From: Eledone cirrhosa
Taxonomy: Eukaryota
Direction of reading: 5' to 3'
Length of the DNA stretch: 64,000 nucleotides
NCBI GenBank assembly: GCA_964016885.1
Contig: OZ024742.1
Location: forward strand, 218,984,001-219,048,000
The position numbers and the translations under genes were made by a program. Every line of letters begins with the position of its first letter. Position 1 is the stretch's first letter. Below the pieces are notes generated by a model that searched no databases, was not told the origin of the DNA, and saw only the letters and a program-made list of their open reading frames with translations. Positions 38,304 through 52,046 of the stretch are shown here, piece after piece.

Positions 38304-40055
38304 GGATGGTTACAGGGAGAATCATGCTGGTGATAAAAGATAGAAGTAAGGGCAATGCAGTGAGAAACTACCGCCCTATAGCATGCCTAAACATAATATG
38401 GAAAGTTCTCACTGGGGTATTTGCGGGGAAGACATGCTTTTCTGTCACAGGAAGGAATACTATCAAGAGAAGAAAAAGAATTTAGAAAGAGGCCCCAGGG
38501 TACAAAAAAATCACCTGGTTATTGATAAGACAGTTTTCAGGCATTGTAAGAAACATCACACACACATGTCTATGGCCTGGATTGACTTTAAGAAGGCATA
38601 TGATATGGTGCCGCATTCTTGGATTGGTGAATGCCTGCGGATGTTTGGTATTACTGACAACATCACAAAGTTTATGCTGATAGTGTGCCTGAGTGGAAAA
38701 CCACGTTTTACTCAAGCAATGAGAATTAGAAATTAAAAGAGATGTCTTCCAAATTGACTTATTCTCACCGTTGCTATTTGTTATAGCACTGATGCCTATA
38801 ACATTTACACTCAGAAAAATAAAAATGCACTACCAATTTGGAAAGCAAGGGCCATTCATAAACCATTTTCTGTTTATGGATGACATGAAACTGTTTCGGA
38901 AATCGAAAACCAAATAGAGTTATTGGTTAAAGACCAGATATGTAGCAATGACATCGGTATGGAATTTGGATTTCCAAATGCTCTGTACTCTACATAAAGC
39001 AGCCTGTAGTGGATTACGATTACCATCAGGAGAAACAATGGGAAAACAAACCAAAAGATAGTAGCTATAAATATTTGGGGATCTTAGGAACTAGGTAGAT
39101 TTTGCGCACAAAAAAGAAAGAAAAGGTTGGGGATATATTTTAAAAGATTAAAAATGATTTTAAAATCCAACTTAAACGCGAGACATCTGGTCACTGCAAT
39201 GAGTATTTAGACAGTTGCAGTGGTTAGATATTGTTCATGCATTCTCTGTTGGACTGGAGAAGAAATATAAAAAATGGATAGAAAGACGAGAAAATTAATG
39301 ACATTGTATGGAGCTTTACACCCTGAAACAAATATGATGAGAAAGAATGGTGGCAGAGGCCTCACCAGTGTGTATCATTGTATAAGGAGTGAAAGGAAAA
39401 CGCTTGCAAAATATTTGGTAATCAGTTACGAAGAATTGTTGCAAAAATGCAGCAGAAGATATGGGTATAAATGTAGTAGAAATGGTTGGAAAAGAAGAGT
39501 TTAACCAAAGAGCAGAAGAGAAAAGAAAAGATCTCTAGGAATCAGAATCCATGGTCAGTTTGAAAGAAATTCACAGCATATCAAGAATAAAACAACATGG
39601 TGGACATAACTTAAGCAAGGCGATTTGAAATGTGCCAATGAAGGCCTTATAATTGCAGTGCAAGACCAAGCTCTTGCTATCAATTCAGTGAAATATAACA
39701 TCTACAACACTTCTGACACCCTGAAATACAGACGCTATGGAAAGAATCTGGAAAATGTGGCCCACTTGGTAAGTGGATGTGAGAGCTTTGTGCAAAAAGA
39801 ATATAAGTGCCGTCATGATAAAGTCTGTCTATACCTTCATTGGCTTCTGTGCCGTAAATACCAATATGAAGTCATAGAGAATTGGTATGGGCATGTATCT
39901 TATAAAGTAATGCAGGAGGATGGGAAAGCAACGATATTCTGGGATTATGATTTTCAAACTGATAGAGTAATTGAGCATCGCCAACCGGACATTATTGTAT
40001 TGAACAAGAAAAACAAATATTGTCAGATCATCGACGTGGCCATACCAAATGATAT
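38304..40055 (+). mobile_element. R4/Dong-like LINE, decayed copy 2
   Basis: NYRPIACL; WIDFKKAYDMVPH; FMDD; AVQDQAL; HLVSGC..RHDKV; QTDRVIEHRQPDIIV..IIDVAIP (PD-D motif). Confidence 0.85.
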
Positions 40056-40637
40056 GGACTGGGTTGTGTTGTGTTCTTTATTCACGTTGCTACAGTATAC
40101 TCAGTTGACAATGAGTACTAACAGTAGCTGGGGAGTTAAACATGCGATAGACCGGCGTCATGTCCAGGGAAAGTCTTGTACTCTCAATCACTGATAAGTA
40201 CTGACCTCCGGGCTCGAGACAGACATTTTTAGATGACCGCAGGGGCGCTCCAATTTATGAGGTTAATATAACCATGTGATATAGCAACCGTGTGTAATAT
40301 CGAAGACATCGAAGATATATTCATGATATTCATATCAATGCGTGTTATAAGATTAACGACTTGACATCGTGTTCTGTGGTAAAACTGGAAAGAATCGGGA
40401 AATTAAATAAACATATGTCTATCTTCTCAAGGACGGTTTTAATTAATAAAGCAATTTCGGATCAAATCACAATTAATAGTCTGAAGATTAATGGCTATAG
40501 AAACATCTGGAACATTTACATTACAGTTTTATAGTTATTTATTTGTTTTTGTTGTTGTGTTTCTCAATTTTCAAGCGGTGGCTGTGGTGGTACTGGTTAC
40601 TGTGGTGATGATTTTTGTATTTTTGGCGTTCGTGATG

Positions 40638-40692
<55 letters not shown>

Positions 40693-40699
40693 GTGGTGG

Positions 40700-40730
<31 letters not shown>

Positions 40731-41674
40731 GGTGGTGCTGGTGATGGTGGTAGTAGTGGTGGGGTCTTCGTCATTGTCGTTTTTGATAAGGCCCAGGTCT
40801 GTCCTGAAAGATATTCTAGACGTGGCCATCCCGTATTTTCAGACATAGAGTACCTCCATCTTCATTATCCAATATGTCCTTCCCTTTTATTAAAAGTTGG
40901 TAGAGTTTGATTTGCGAGAAATGTGGTTGCTATTTCTAGCAGGCTGAGCGACCACTTAGAGGTTCCCTCATTAGCTCGTTTCTCTGTTGGGGATGTTGGA
41001 AGAAATGAGTATCAAAAAATAAAACAATTTACGAAGTTAAATTCCGAAATCCTATAAAGATTTGTTAAAAAACATTTTTTTTTTTTCACTTATTCAATTT
41101 AGGAACCCAAATTTCAGATTTGTATAAGTATTTTTATTGTTTTTAACCTGATAATTTCAAGTTTCCACCTCCTCCAAAGTCTAACACATCTAATTACTTT
41201 AGAACGGTCATTTAATTATTAATATTTTTTTTAAATGCAGTTTCTTTTTAAAATTTGAAATCAAAAGAATCTTTTCTAGAATTGGTACAATGCTACACAT
41301 TTTATGAAGGAGGATATCGTCGATTAGAGCGATCAGTACATAACTGGTACTTTTATCAACCTCGGAGAGAATGGACAACAAAGTCGACCTCGGCAAGAAT
41401 TCCTCATAGGATATAAAGAGACTTAGATAAATATCGCAAGCTGTTCTGGTCAACGCTCTACAGATTCTGCCACCACCACCCTTATAATTATGATAATATA
41501 GAATAGTCCTCAGTCGATATCGTCGATGAGTGTTCCACATGTTCGATCAGGGAACCGCTAAATGGCTAAGTGACTGATCATACCATAGTCACGTAGACCC
41601 TTAATGTAATTCTCAGAGAAGTTCAGCGTGACAGTGTGTGACATGGCTGGCCATTTGAATTACAAGTACACTCC

Positions 41675-43150
41675 ATCCGCTGCTGGACACGTCCAGCACC
41701 ACCAACTTACTTTCGGGATCAAGGATGATGGGTCGTATTGTGAGACCCAAGCCTTTCCGAAGCAACATAACGACTCCACCCCCAGATTCTGGACGGCTTG
41801 GAGAAGCGTACACCTCTTAGCCGCCGAAAATGGGTGCGAAAACTCGTGCCTGAGAAATTTTGGTTTTGTTGATGGTCACCACATCTACGATCAGTGTCTT
41901 GACGTCGTTGAGCAGATAGTCTTGCTTCTATGATGACCTTGGGCCACGCGCATTTACACTGCCTACCCTGAGTAAAGCCATGTTAGATAAATAAGAGGAA
42001 AAGTGAGAAAGGGTTATTTACCCTGTTCATGTAGAGGAAGGGATAATGATCTCTCGACCCCGGCCAGCTGAGGGCACCTTCACAAAGATGTCTGAGTATA
42101 TTAGTTTGGGGAATTTCGCTTTTAATTTACTTTATGATCTGTATGTATGTGGGCAGTATAATCTTTTTGGGGTTAGTAATCGGTTTCTGCAATTGTAGTG
42201 TTGTGCTTTAAATAATGAATTAATTTCTGGCTGATTGTACTTATGGCTGTGAAATTTGTGCGGTTTGTTTCCCTTTGTTGGGTTTGGTTGTGTTTGGGAT
42301 GTTGTTGTTGTTGGTGTCTTTTGTGGTGCTTTGCTGGTTGTGGAAGTTGGGTTGGTGGTATAGTTATCAATAGTGGTGATGGTGGTGATGCTGGATTGGG
42401 TGGTAGCGAGGAAGTTGGTGTTGCTGTTATCTTTCCTCTATGTTTGTGATGCGTGTCTTCGTGTTTCTTTTTTTGAGAGCGAACTTTTTGTTATTGACAT
42501 TTTGCCAATCCTTCCAATGGTTACAATCGATGTCCGAGTGCGCCAACTTGGGATGGACATATCTTCCGCTTGCGGTGTTGTTGCATGTATGGGTGTTGGT
42601 TCTTGGGTGGTAGATGGTGGTGGAGCTCCTTCTACAGCTGCTGCTTTCGTTGACGTTGGTGGTGAGATTTTTGTATTGTGGCCGCTGGTGGTTGATTTAT
42701 TTCCAGGATGGGTCTTGGCATAGAAAGGAGAGAGGGCCTTGTTTCCTTCGTGGTTTTTGAGGGCAGAAAGCCTTGAGGCGTGTTTTTGCACCACACATGT
42801 GGGTCACGGAAATGTGGGTGCCGTCCACATAGTCTATTATGTCGGGGATGGCTTCAGTATTTTGTTGATTCGTTTGGACGAGTAGTTCCCTCCCGGTTCC
42901 TGTCCAGTTTTTCAGCTTGATTTTTTTCGTCTAAAATCTGACTGCGATCCTCAACGTTCACGAGAACAGCTGCCACTAGCCAAGGAACAGATTTTGTGGG
43001 CGGCATTCAGGTCGCTTTGACCTTTACCAATGTTTGGCCACAATATGTCAGCAACACAGTCAGTTATTCGCTTCTCAGTAGTGCGAGTAATTGCCTGGCT
43101 TCATCTAAGGTTTTGAAGAATGCGTCCAACGTCCCAAATCTTCTGCCTCG
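41675..43150 (-). mobile_element. Decayed L1/Tx1 copy: ORF1 and start of ORF2 APE
   Basis: Reverse complement from 41981 reads MALLRVGSVNARGP; GGGVVMLLRKGLGL..LDPESKLVVLDV matches ORF 14242. Confidence 0.75.
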
Positions 43151-45225
43151 AGCTATATGACCAAACATATTGATTATGACTTTATTTTATAGTCTCCGGA
43201 AGATTGAAACTCAGGGTTGAACTCCAGTAAGATTTAAATTCAAAACGTAAAAGGAGGCAACTAACAAGAAATGATGTCTAGCTCTCTACCGAGACTGCCA
43301 CTTACACCCTTTCAAATAGTAATTTCTAAAATAAGCACAGAATCACGAATTTAGAGATTAATTGACCCAGTACTTGACTGGTACTTTATTTTATCGACAT
43401 CGAAAGAGCCAGAACAATTCTGCAAGATATTTTTCTGAGACTTTAACGAGTGCCAATGCACCTCCTTCAATTAATGATTTCTAACAAAGCCTCAAATTTA
43501 GGACGATTTAGTCTATCTCAGCACTTAACTGGTACTTTTTCGACTCCAAGTGAATAAAAATAAAAGTGAACCCTTGAAGGATTTGAACTCAGAACTACAT
43601 GCGGCAAGTTATTTTGTCCACATCCATTAATATTAACAACAGCTCAATATTATAAATCAGGTCCAGAATTGTGTTAATTCACAAGAGACCCAACTTTCAA
43701 ATAGGCTGCTGAACCTAGCTATAAAAATGTGTATTATATAGTCAACCATAAATTACTGTACAACGAACCAGTGTTTCGATGACCCCAGGGATGAGTTGAA
43801 AAACTAACATGAGCTTAAATCTAGATATACTTGGTCAAACTGATACTTTCTTTATGAAAATGAAATCTTCAAACACTCCCACGAACTCTTACTGCTCCAC
43901 TATCTGTGTCTTTCTCACTCCTACAAACACATACACATAGTCACGCTCATGGCTTATCCAGCTCTTTCCTTTCATTTGATATTTCTTTTTTGTTATTGTT
44001 ATTCGAAGAATGTTTTATTTGCTTTTATGTGTCTAGTTAAAAATCATTTTTTTTATCATTTCAGAATCAAATCCGACAACAGTTAGTTTATTATAAGACG
44101 AACGAAGATAATCATATTTGGTAGTAAGATAGTGTTTACTCTCACTACTACCACTATCATCAGCAAGTCAACGAATGATTCTCTATGTGCTCGCAAGATC
44201 GGTCGAAATAACAACCAAATCTTCCTCAAAATCATACCTTACTGTCTTTAAAACAAATAGACACTGGTAGATATAGTATTATGATTAGATAAAAGACGAA
44301 ATGGTCACGGCTAGAATGCCTCTGGTCATAGGTCCATTGTGTACGGACTGGCCTGAAGTTAAACAGTAACAACAACAACAACAACAACAACAACGGCAGA
44401 AACAATAACAAAGAGTATCATCGGTATCTCTATCTTGAAACTCAAGTGACATTTAAAATATTCCAAGATGCCACCTTCTCCAGGATGTATATCTGATCAT
44501 AATGTCTGCTATAAATAATAATCTAATCTGGCAGAGTGACAGGAAGGGAATTTCAGACATCTTTCGAAAACATTAAAACACACACACACTTAAAGAAATA
44601 TTTTTAGTGATTTCAGTCATTAGACTGTGGCCATGCTGGAGCACCGTCTTCAAGGATTTAGTCCGTCCTATCGGCCCCAGTACTTATTTCAATCTTCTGC
44701 TTATTTTATCGATCTCTATTTGTCGAACCGTGAAGCTACGAGACATAAAGGAACATAACATAAACGCATACAAACATACACACGCGCGTGCGCGTGCACG
44801 CACACACACACACACATGTATATTATACATATGCGTGACTGACTTTTACACAGTTTCCGCCTACTAAATTTTTCTTACAAATTATTGGTTGACTAGAAGC
44901 AATATTATAAGACACTTGCCCATCCTCCCATAGTGTGGGCTTAAATCCAGAACCATGTGGCTGCTTAACCACACAGTTATATCAGATCCTATATGGTTAC
45001 TATTGTTTTCACAAAGGTTACATTACCTGCAGTAATCTCGTTTTCTGTAGCTGGGTTCAAAGGAAAGTGACGATAAACGGTACCCTTTAAATATATGAAA
45101 CCCCATCAATTGTCGCACCCATATTAATATTATAGTATTATATTTAACTCCCAAACTCCTATGAAATCCCTCGATTGTCCCACCCATATTAATATTATAA
45201 TATTATATTTAATTCCCAAATATCT

Positions 45226-45530
45226 ATGAAAATGTCTGCAGAAACATTAGAAGATCGTTTACGTGAGTTGAAGGAGATTTTAGTGACCAAAGAAATAATT
45301 ATACATAATCAAAAGAAAAAACTCAACGAAAAAGACAACCTTATAGAAGAACTTCGCAGCCAATTGGATAAATACCAGTCTGTTCTACCTCTGTCTTCAG
45401 CGATTCCAACATGTGTGGTAGCTGGACCGCGCAAAGTCCGAGCTCAAGGCATTTCTGCTGAGCCACAGGTGTTAAGTTCTTTACAAGAGTTCAATAATCT
45501 ACGCTTAAGGAAAATTTCAAAGACTTATAA
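45226..45530 (+). CDS. PRKG1: First coding exon of cGMP-dependent protein kinase (PKG I / foraging-like): leucine zipper and autoinhibitory region
   Basis: Heptad zipper ending ELRSQLDKYQSV, then RKVRAQGISAEP pseudosubstrate typical of PKG I; GTAAGT donor at 45531 (phase 2); candidate acceptor ttttctgtag ending at 45050. Start may be ATG 45226 or 45232. No downstream exon recognised in the window. Confidence 0.88.
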
Positions 45531-47310
45531 GTAAGTACATATTTTCTTTGCTTTCATTAGTTTGTTCTTAATCTTTACACATATACATCCATAATCAGAC
45601 CCCCCTCCTTTTTAAATGTAAACAAACGCTTTGACTGCGAATTGTAGATCTGCTTGGTTAGATATTATAAGATATTTGCATATGAATAATTGATTTTGAT
45701 AAGTCCCAATAAGGGACGAAACGACCGTAAATCAATATTTAATGTAAAAACGTATTTGGTAATTACTTTAATGATTATTATTTTTAACATAATAGGATTT
45801 TGTATACATACTTGTTTGAAAAATCTTTCAAGGAAGCATGAAACATAACATGTACTGTTTATTATAATGAATTACTGTATTTAACATACTGATTGTCAAT
45901 ATATATTGCATATTATATTATTTTATATCAAATTATATTATGTTATGTTGATAATCAGTGATGGTTTTCCTTGGACCCGAGTGGACAGCTATCAAATATT
46001 GATATACGTCTTATGTATGTTAAAACAGCTTTACTTAGATACTTAGAATTTCATGCGACAGAATTATGAGCACGCTATCAACGGATTGTCTAATATTCAT
46101 TCGATGGGGGTTGAGGGGCTCATATGAGGTTTATCCCGTCTTGTTCTGTTGTTATAAGAGATACAACCCACTTAAGGGCCCCCACGAGTATGCATTGTGT
46201 CTTACATCAGCAGGAAAAGTTCAAAGGTAAACAGAAGAAAGTCAAAGGAGAAAGAAATGACACTTGAAGTATTGTGATGAATCACATAATAGGAGTAGAG
46301 GTCTTAGAATAGTTATATGGTTACTTAATACAGCTAACGAGTAAAGAAAATGAAATAGTTTGTCAAAAGTTTTTTATATGTTTAATCTGGTGGTGGAGTA
46401 TATTTCCAGAATTTAAGCAGGAATTTGTCGGAGAAGTGACACTTCGTAAAAGAAACTCATATATTGTACAATTCAGGGATTTCTTAATTTTATTGATAAA
46501 TTGTACCTTTTCGTATCGTTTATATAGAGTTCGTTTCATCCTTGAACCTTCCATTTATTATCAAAATCAGTGTTGTATTCTTTTAAATGCCAAATGTTTT
46601 TATTAAAGCAGCATCGTTTGAATTCACCCTCTATCATTCATATATTGTTTTCATTCTATCGTTAAGTTAGGTCTGCTTCATATACTAGCTCTTTAGTGTG
46701 ACATTGTTTACTGAAAGGGCATGCTTGGTGTTTTTCTGCATGTGCAACTCGACACTTGTAGCATCACCAAAATTTTAAGTTATGGGTATATATATCTGAA
46801 AGTAAATTTTTTGCAGTTCCTGTTGAAGAATTTTTAGGAGATGTGGGTCATCGTGAAATAATAGGACTACGGAATTTGTGGAGATATTAATCATTTCTCG
46901 AGATGACAAGACATTTTGTTACTGCAAGCGAGTTTCTCATTTGAATCCCTGACTTATCTGTGTGTAAGTTGAGAGCAACAACTAGAAAGTTTACAATTCT
47001 AAGATTAGAGATCATACTTATTTTAGGCCGAAATTCTTGACTGTGCTAATGAGGTATCTAATATATGGCAGTAAGTGAGATGAAAAACGGATAGTCCGTT
47101 ATCTCTATATAATCCTATGTTTCATATAACCAATTGCGCGCTTGGTACTTCTAGTATTTATAAGCCGCCAAGATTGCATATATCTGCGTTATCAAACAAT
47201 CACATTCTGACGTCAAATAAACTCGAGGGATCTGAATTTTTTTACACTGACAACATTACAATTGAAGAGCAGAAACTTACGTGTAAAGTACACCTTGAAT
47301 TTATATTCTA

Positions 47311-47737
47311 CTAGCTGCCCCGTCCGGCTGGCACCCGGCTAGGTATACCTTCCCCAACCACTCTACTGCAAAGATACCACGCGCCCTTATTATCTGTCTG
47401 TATGTCTGGCTGTCTGCATTACATCATTATGACGCGATCTGTGTGTGTGTATATATGTATCGTAATGCAGACAGCAAGACATACACACAGATAATAAGGG
47501 CGCAACGTTATATCTAAGTATCTATCTAAAAAGAAAGACTAAGAATTATAGAGATAGATATCTAAATCGCATAATGCGGTCTCTAGGGCATTGAAAATTT
47601 GTAATATTTTTTGCTCAAAACACTTCCGGGGCCATACGGGTTACATGTGTAAAGTTTGAAAAAAAAACGGTTGGGTACTTCTCGAGTTTTAGGGAAACAG
47701 ACACACAGACAGACATCCTCTGTTTTATATATATAGA
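47311..47737 (-). mobile_element. Short non-autonomous Helitron with internal 42-bp inverted repeat
   Basis: Reverse complement A|TCTATATATATAAAA ... ccgggtgccagccgg hairpin ... CTAG|T; 47381-47422 inverse to 47462-47503. Confidence 0.8.
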
Positions 47738-48131
47738 TAATATCATTATATATCTACACGCTAGTATTTCTATTGCTGATGGTGATGTTCTTATTAAGGT
47801 GTTCCGATATATGCTATATTCTATTTCGTATAGGCAATTGTTTTTATCGAAGAAAATAACAATTATTTTTAGATTTCTTTTACATTCTTAATATCAGAGC
47901 CAAGTTTATTTGGAAAAGAGATAGGAACTTACAGAAATGTATGTTGGCAAGTATGTTTAAGCACTTGGTTTTGAATGTCCTTAATCATTGAAGACTTTTG
48001 GGATCTTTATGTCGTAGAATTCTGTCATACTTTTAGTAGTCCTAAAATAGTAAAAGAAGTTGTTTCAATGCAGAAACTTAATACATTCTTCATTTTCTAA
48101 GTAGTTTTTGGCGTCATATTTATCCAGTTGA

Positions 48132-48185
<54 letters not shown>

Positions 48186-48191
<6 letters not shown>

Positions 48192-49150
48192 AAGGTTTAC
48201 ATATACATAAAGTTATAGATATATATGCTGCAACCGGTCACTTTGTGGCTCTATGAAGAATTAATAAATTAAATAATCAGAGCAATATATCATAAATCAT
48301 GTCTTAAGAATTATTAGATAAAATATATACCATTTCCTCTACCAATCAGCATAATTAACCATATAAAAAATCAATTAGACCAAGCTATAAGAATAAAGGC
48401 TCTTATGAAGAAATCTCCGACAAATAACCGAAAGTGGCCTCTTCGCGGTGGCCCCAGTAGAGTATTTATCCAACATTTCGACAGCATGTAGAAACTGACT
48501 AAATATACCATCAACCATACACAATTAGGTGTAAATTCAAACTTAGAAGAAATGTGTACATACCGTAATTATATCTCTACCATGGTTTCATCCGTATTTT
48601 TAGACATCCAATTAATAGGAAATGTCCAGAGTTAGGATTCATCAGGAGACAAACTCAAAATTAGACATTTAGTTTTCCAAAGTGATCGCGCCGAAATTAG
48701 ATTCAAAATGGCTAAGAATCGCAATGTGGCAATGGTCAAGTTAGAAAGAATGTGATTGGTTGCTTACGGCGGGTAGGCTTGTTGCTAGAAAGCGCAGCCA
48801 AATATCGGCAAATTGTATCTCAACCTAACGGGAGATTATTAAATATAAAGGTTTACATATACATAAAGTTATAGATATATATGTTGCAACCGGTCACTTT
48901 GTGGCTCTACGAAGAATTAATAAATTAAATAATCAGAGCAATATATCATAAATCATGTCTTAAGAATTATTAGATAAAATATATACCATTTCCTCTCCCA
49001 ATCAGCATAATTAACCATATAAAAAAATCAATTAGACCAAGCTATAAGAATAAAGGCTCTTATGAAGAAATCTCCGACAAATAACCGAAAGTGGGAGAGG
49101 AAATGGTATATATTTTATCTAATAATTCTTAAGACATGATTTATGATATA
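48186..49150 (-). mobile_element. PLE pLTR/retrozyme-like insert: 656-bp unit x1.4 plus inverted tail
   Basis: 48186-48437 repeats at 48842-49093; 49092-49150 is inverse to 48941-48999; (TA)n flanks. Confidence 0.8.
48573..48650 (-). ncRNA. Type I hammerhead, intact core
   Basis: gucuc-CUGAUGA-aucc..ggacau..augucu..ggau-GAAA-c caug g-UA-gagau; palindromic ACCAUGGU stem III. Confidence 0.85.
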
Positions 49151-49168
49151 TATATATATATATATATA

Positions 49169-49364
49169 GGAAAAAGTATGGCCCTGACGGCAGAGCTCAA
49201 GCCATTTCGACGGCTATTTCTGTCTAGTCCAGAAATAGCCGTCGAAACGGCTTGAGCTCTGCCGTCGGGGTCAAACTTTTTCCTATTACCCACTCTACTA
49301 CCCTAAGTATTAAGTACTCTGGTGCGTTATGGTCCATCTGATTCCTTACCACAACTCCTTCGTT
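49169..49364 (+). mobile_element. PLE-like fold-back remnant with 3' half of an HHR; family also at 32355-32412 and 57385-57545
   Basis: cagaaauagccguc-GAAA-cggc uugagcucu gccg-UC-gggguc; 49169-49285 is palindromic. Confidence 0.7.
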
Positions 49365-49365
49365 A

Positions 49366-49558
<193 letters not shown>

Positions 49559-50672
49559 TCGAGTCTCCCTCAAAGTAGAATCCTGTAATTTCAATACACT
49601 TGTAGCACTCCAGCCACTTCTATAATCCCTCCTTGTAATCCTCCAAAGTGAAGGTGTTCAGTGTGCTTGTCACAGCCTCCTTCATCTCCTACACATCCTC
49701 AAAGCGGATGCCCTTGAGCTTCTTCGTCAGCTTCGGGAACATCCAGAAGTCACATGGCGCTAAGTCTAGACTGTAGGGAGGACGTGGGATAGTTTGATCC
49801 CCATATCGGCCAAGTAGTTGGTAACTAGGATGGATTTGTGACAGGGGGCATTGTCCTGGTGTAGGTGCCACTGACCAGACTTGAAGAGTTCTGGTCTCTT
49901 GCAACGAAATCTCTTTTTGAATAGCCTCAAAACCTCTACATAGTATTCTTTGTTGACTGTCTGGCCGTTGGGGACCCAGTGGATATAGACGATGCCCTTG
50001 CTGTCGAAGAATGGGATCATCATGAGCTGATCAGTGCTTCTTTGCCTGGCTTTCTTGCGTCTTGGGGAGTCAGAATGTTTCTACTGGACACTCTGTCTCT
50101 TGGTTTCTGGATCATAACAGTAAACCTAGCTCTTGTCACAGGTTACCAGAGACTCAAGGACAAGCGATCCTCGTCCATCTCCCTTCTGTCATCAAGGCGC
50201 CTCTGCCTTTGATCTTCATTGAGTACCCTGGGAACAAACTTTGCGCATGTTCAGGTCATCTTAAATGACTGTGCACAGTTCCCTCAGTCACTTTAAATTG
50301 ATTGGCAATCATCAGAAGATATTCACGACCGTCCTCGGGTGCCAGTGGAAAACAGTCGCCCGGTTCATGAAAGTTGGTCCGTTATAGTTTTTTGCAACGA
50401 TTTTACCTAGATCAACATAGAACCTCATCGCATATCGAGCCTCTAAGTTGTCCTCGTGTTCCGACTGCATTGTGGAACTAGTCAGCTGTGACAAGACGTG
50501 TATGACGGGTAGTGTTTAAAGTGCTGTAGCGGTCCGACCCTTCAACCCGTAAAAAAGATTTGGCATGTTAGCTTATTATAATCATATCAAGTATGTATTA
50601 GAGTGACAGTTACTTAGGTCAATTAAAAATGCCTGAAAAGAAAAGTCTCAAACCTTCTTGAGTGTACCTCGT
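49559..50672 (-). mobile_element. Decayed mariner transposon
   Basis: FFDSKGIV..GQTVNKEYY..WHLHQDNAPCH and PPYSLDLAPCDFWMFPKL (mariner DDD motifs); frameshifted. Confidence 0.9.
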
Positions 50673-50695
50673 GAATATACATATATACATATATA

Positions 50696-50913
50696 CGAGG
50701 GAGTTACTGAAAAGTTCCTGGCTTGATCGCTGCTACAGAAACCTAGCTGGAGACCCGACCTTCCGAGTTCTTTTTACAAGGCTCAGGAAAACTGAAGGAC
50801 CACTGTAATAAGTATGTGAATCTGAAAGGAGAATATGTTGAATAAAACCACAATTAACTGATCCTCCTGTATTTTCTTTTACCCAAAGTCAGGAACTTTT
50901 CAGCACGCCGTCG
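50696..50913. mobile_element. Mariner-derived MITE
   Basis: TA-cgagggagttactgaaaagttcctg ... caggaacttttcagcacgccgtcg-TA. Confidence 0.8.
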
Positions 50914-50964
<51 letters not shown>

Positions 50965-51271
50965 CAGTATATAGAGAAGAAAACACGAAGGGGTATGTTT
51001 TCAATTACGAGGGGTAGAGACCCACTAGAGTGAGAAGCATAAAGTCTATGAAAAGTGTGGAAAATACATAATTATTAAAAAGGTACATTAAAATGTACAG
51101 ACCCACCTTTATAACTATAAAACACCTGGACAAACTCAAAGAGAAGAATGTTTCGCCAAATAACAGTGTCGGTACCATATTATGAAGAGCCGGGTAATTA
51201 TTCATTGAACTCATTAAATTACAGAGGATTAACGCGAGTCTTTAACTCTGTATTTTCATTTTATATATATA

Positions 51272-51990
51272 CTAGCATTAAAGCCCGGCGTTGCTCGGGG
51301 TCAGTAAGTTACCAAAGTTAGGTTGCACCACCCATTTTATGGCATCACCTGTTTGTCTGTCAGGCACTGGGTGAATGAATTGCAGACCTGGACTGCCGAA
51401 GCAGGAGCTGCGCCATCAGTGACAATTGTAGTTTCGCCTATGGATATTATCTCTGTGCAAAGAAGTGTTGAAATTTATTGTTTCACAGTACTTGCGCAAC
51501 ACGCGCGTAGACGATGCCAGCCGAACAACAGAGCTGCGATGGAGTTGTTCTGCATGGTTGTCTAATGTGTGTTTTCTAAATTTAAGACAGTAGGGAGGGG
51601 TGTGATATGGGGGAGAGTTAGCTGCTGTTTCTAGCAGATTTAGTGACCTCATAGAGGATATGTTTTCTAAATTTAAGACAGTAGGGAGGGGTGTGATATG
51701 GGGGAGAGTTAGCTGCTGTTTCTAGCAGATTTAGTGACCTCATAGAGGATATGTTTTCTAAATTTAAGACAGTAGGGAGTGGTGTGATATGGGGGAGAGT
51801 TAGCTGCTGTTTCTAGCAGGTTTAGTGACCTCATAGAGGATATTATTGTGTATAGTAAATGAACTGATACCTCTTTCTTCTACGTTCGTTGATAGAGGTT
51901 TTAAAAAAGATTTATCGCTATTTTTTTGTTGTTGAATAAATTTATCTGTTGCTTTTGAATAATTGTTGTTTCGTATGAAATGTAATAAGT

Positions 51991-52046
<56 letters not shown>

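Noticed and set aside
44065-44123. Possible upstream non-coding PKG micro-exon
   Set aside because: Only a pyrimidine-tract AG and a weak GT donor; not supportable without transcripts.
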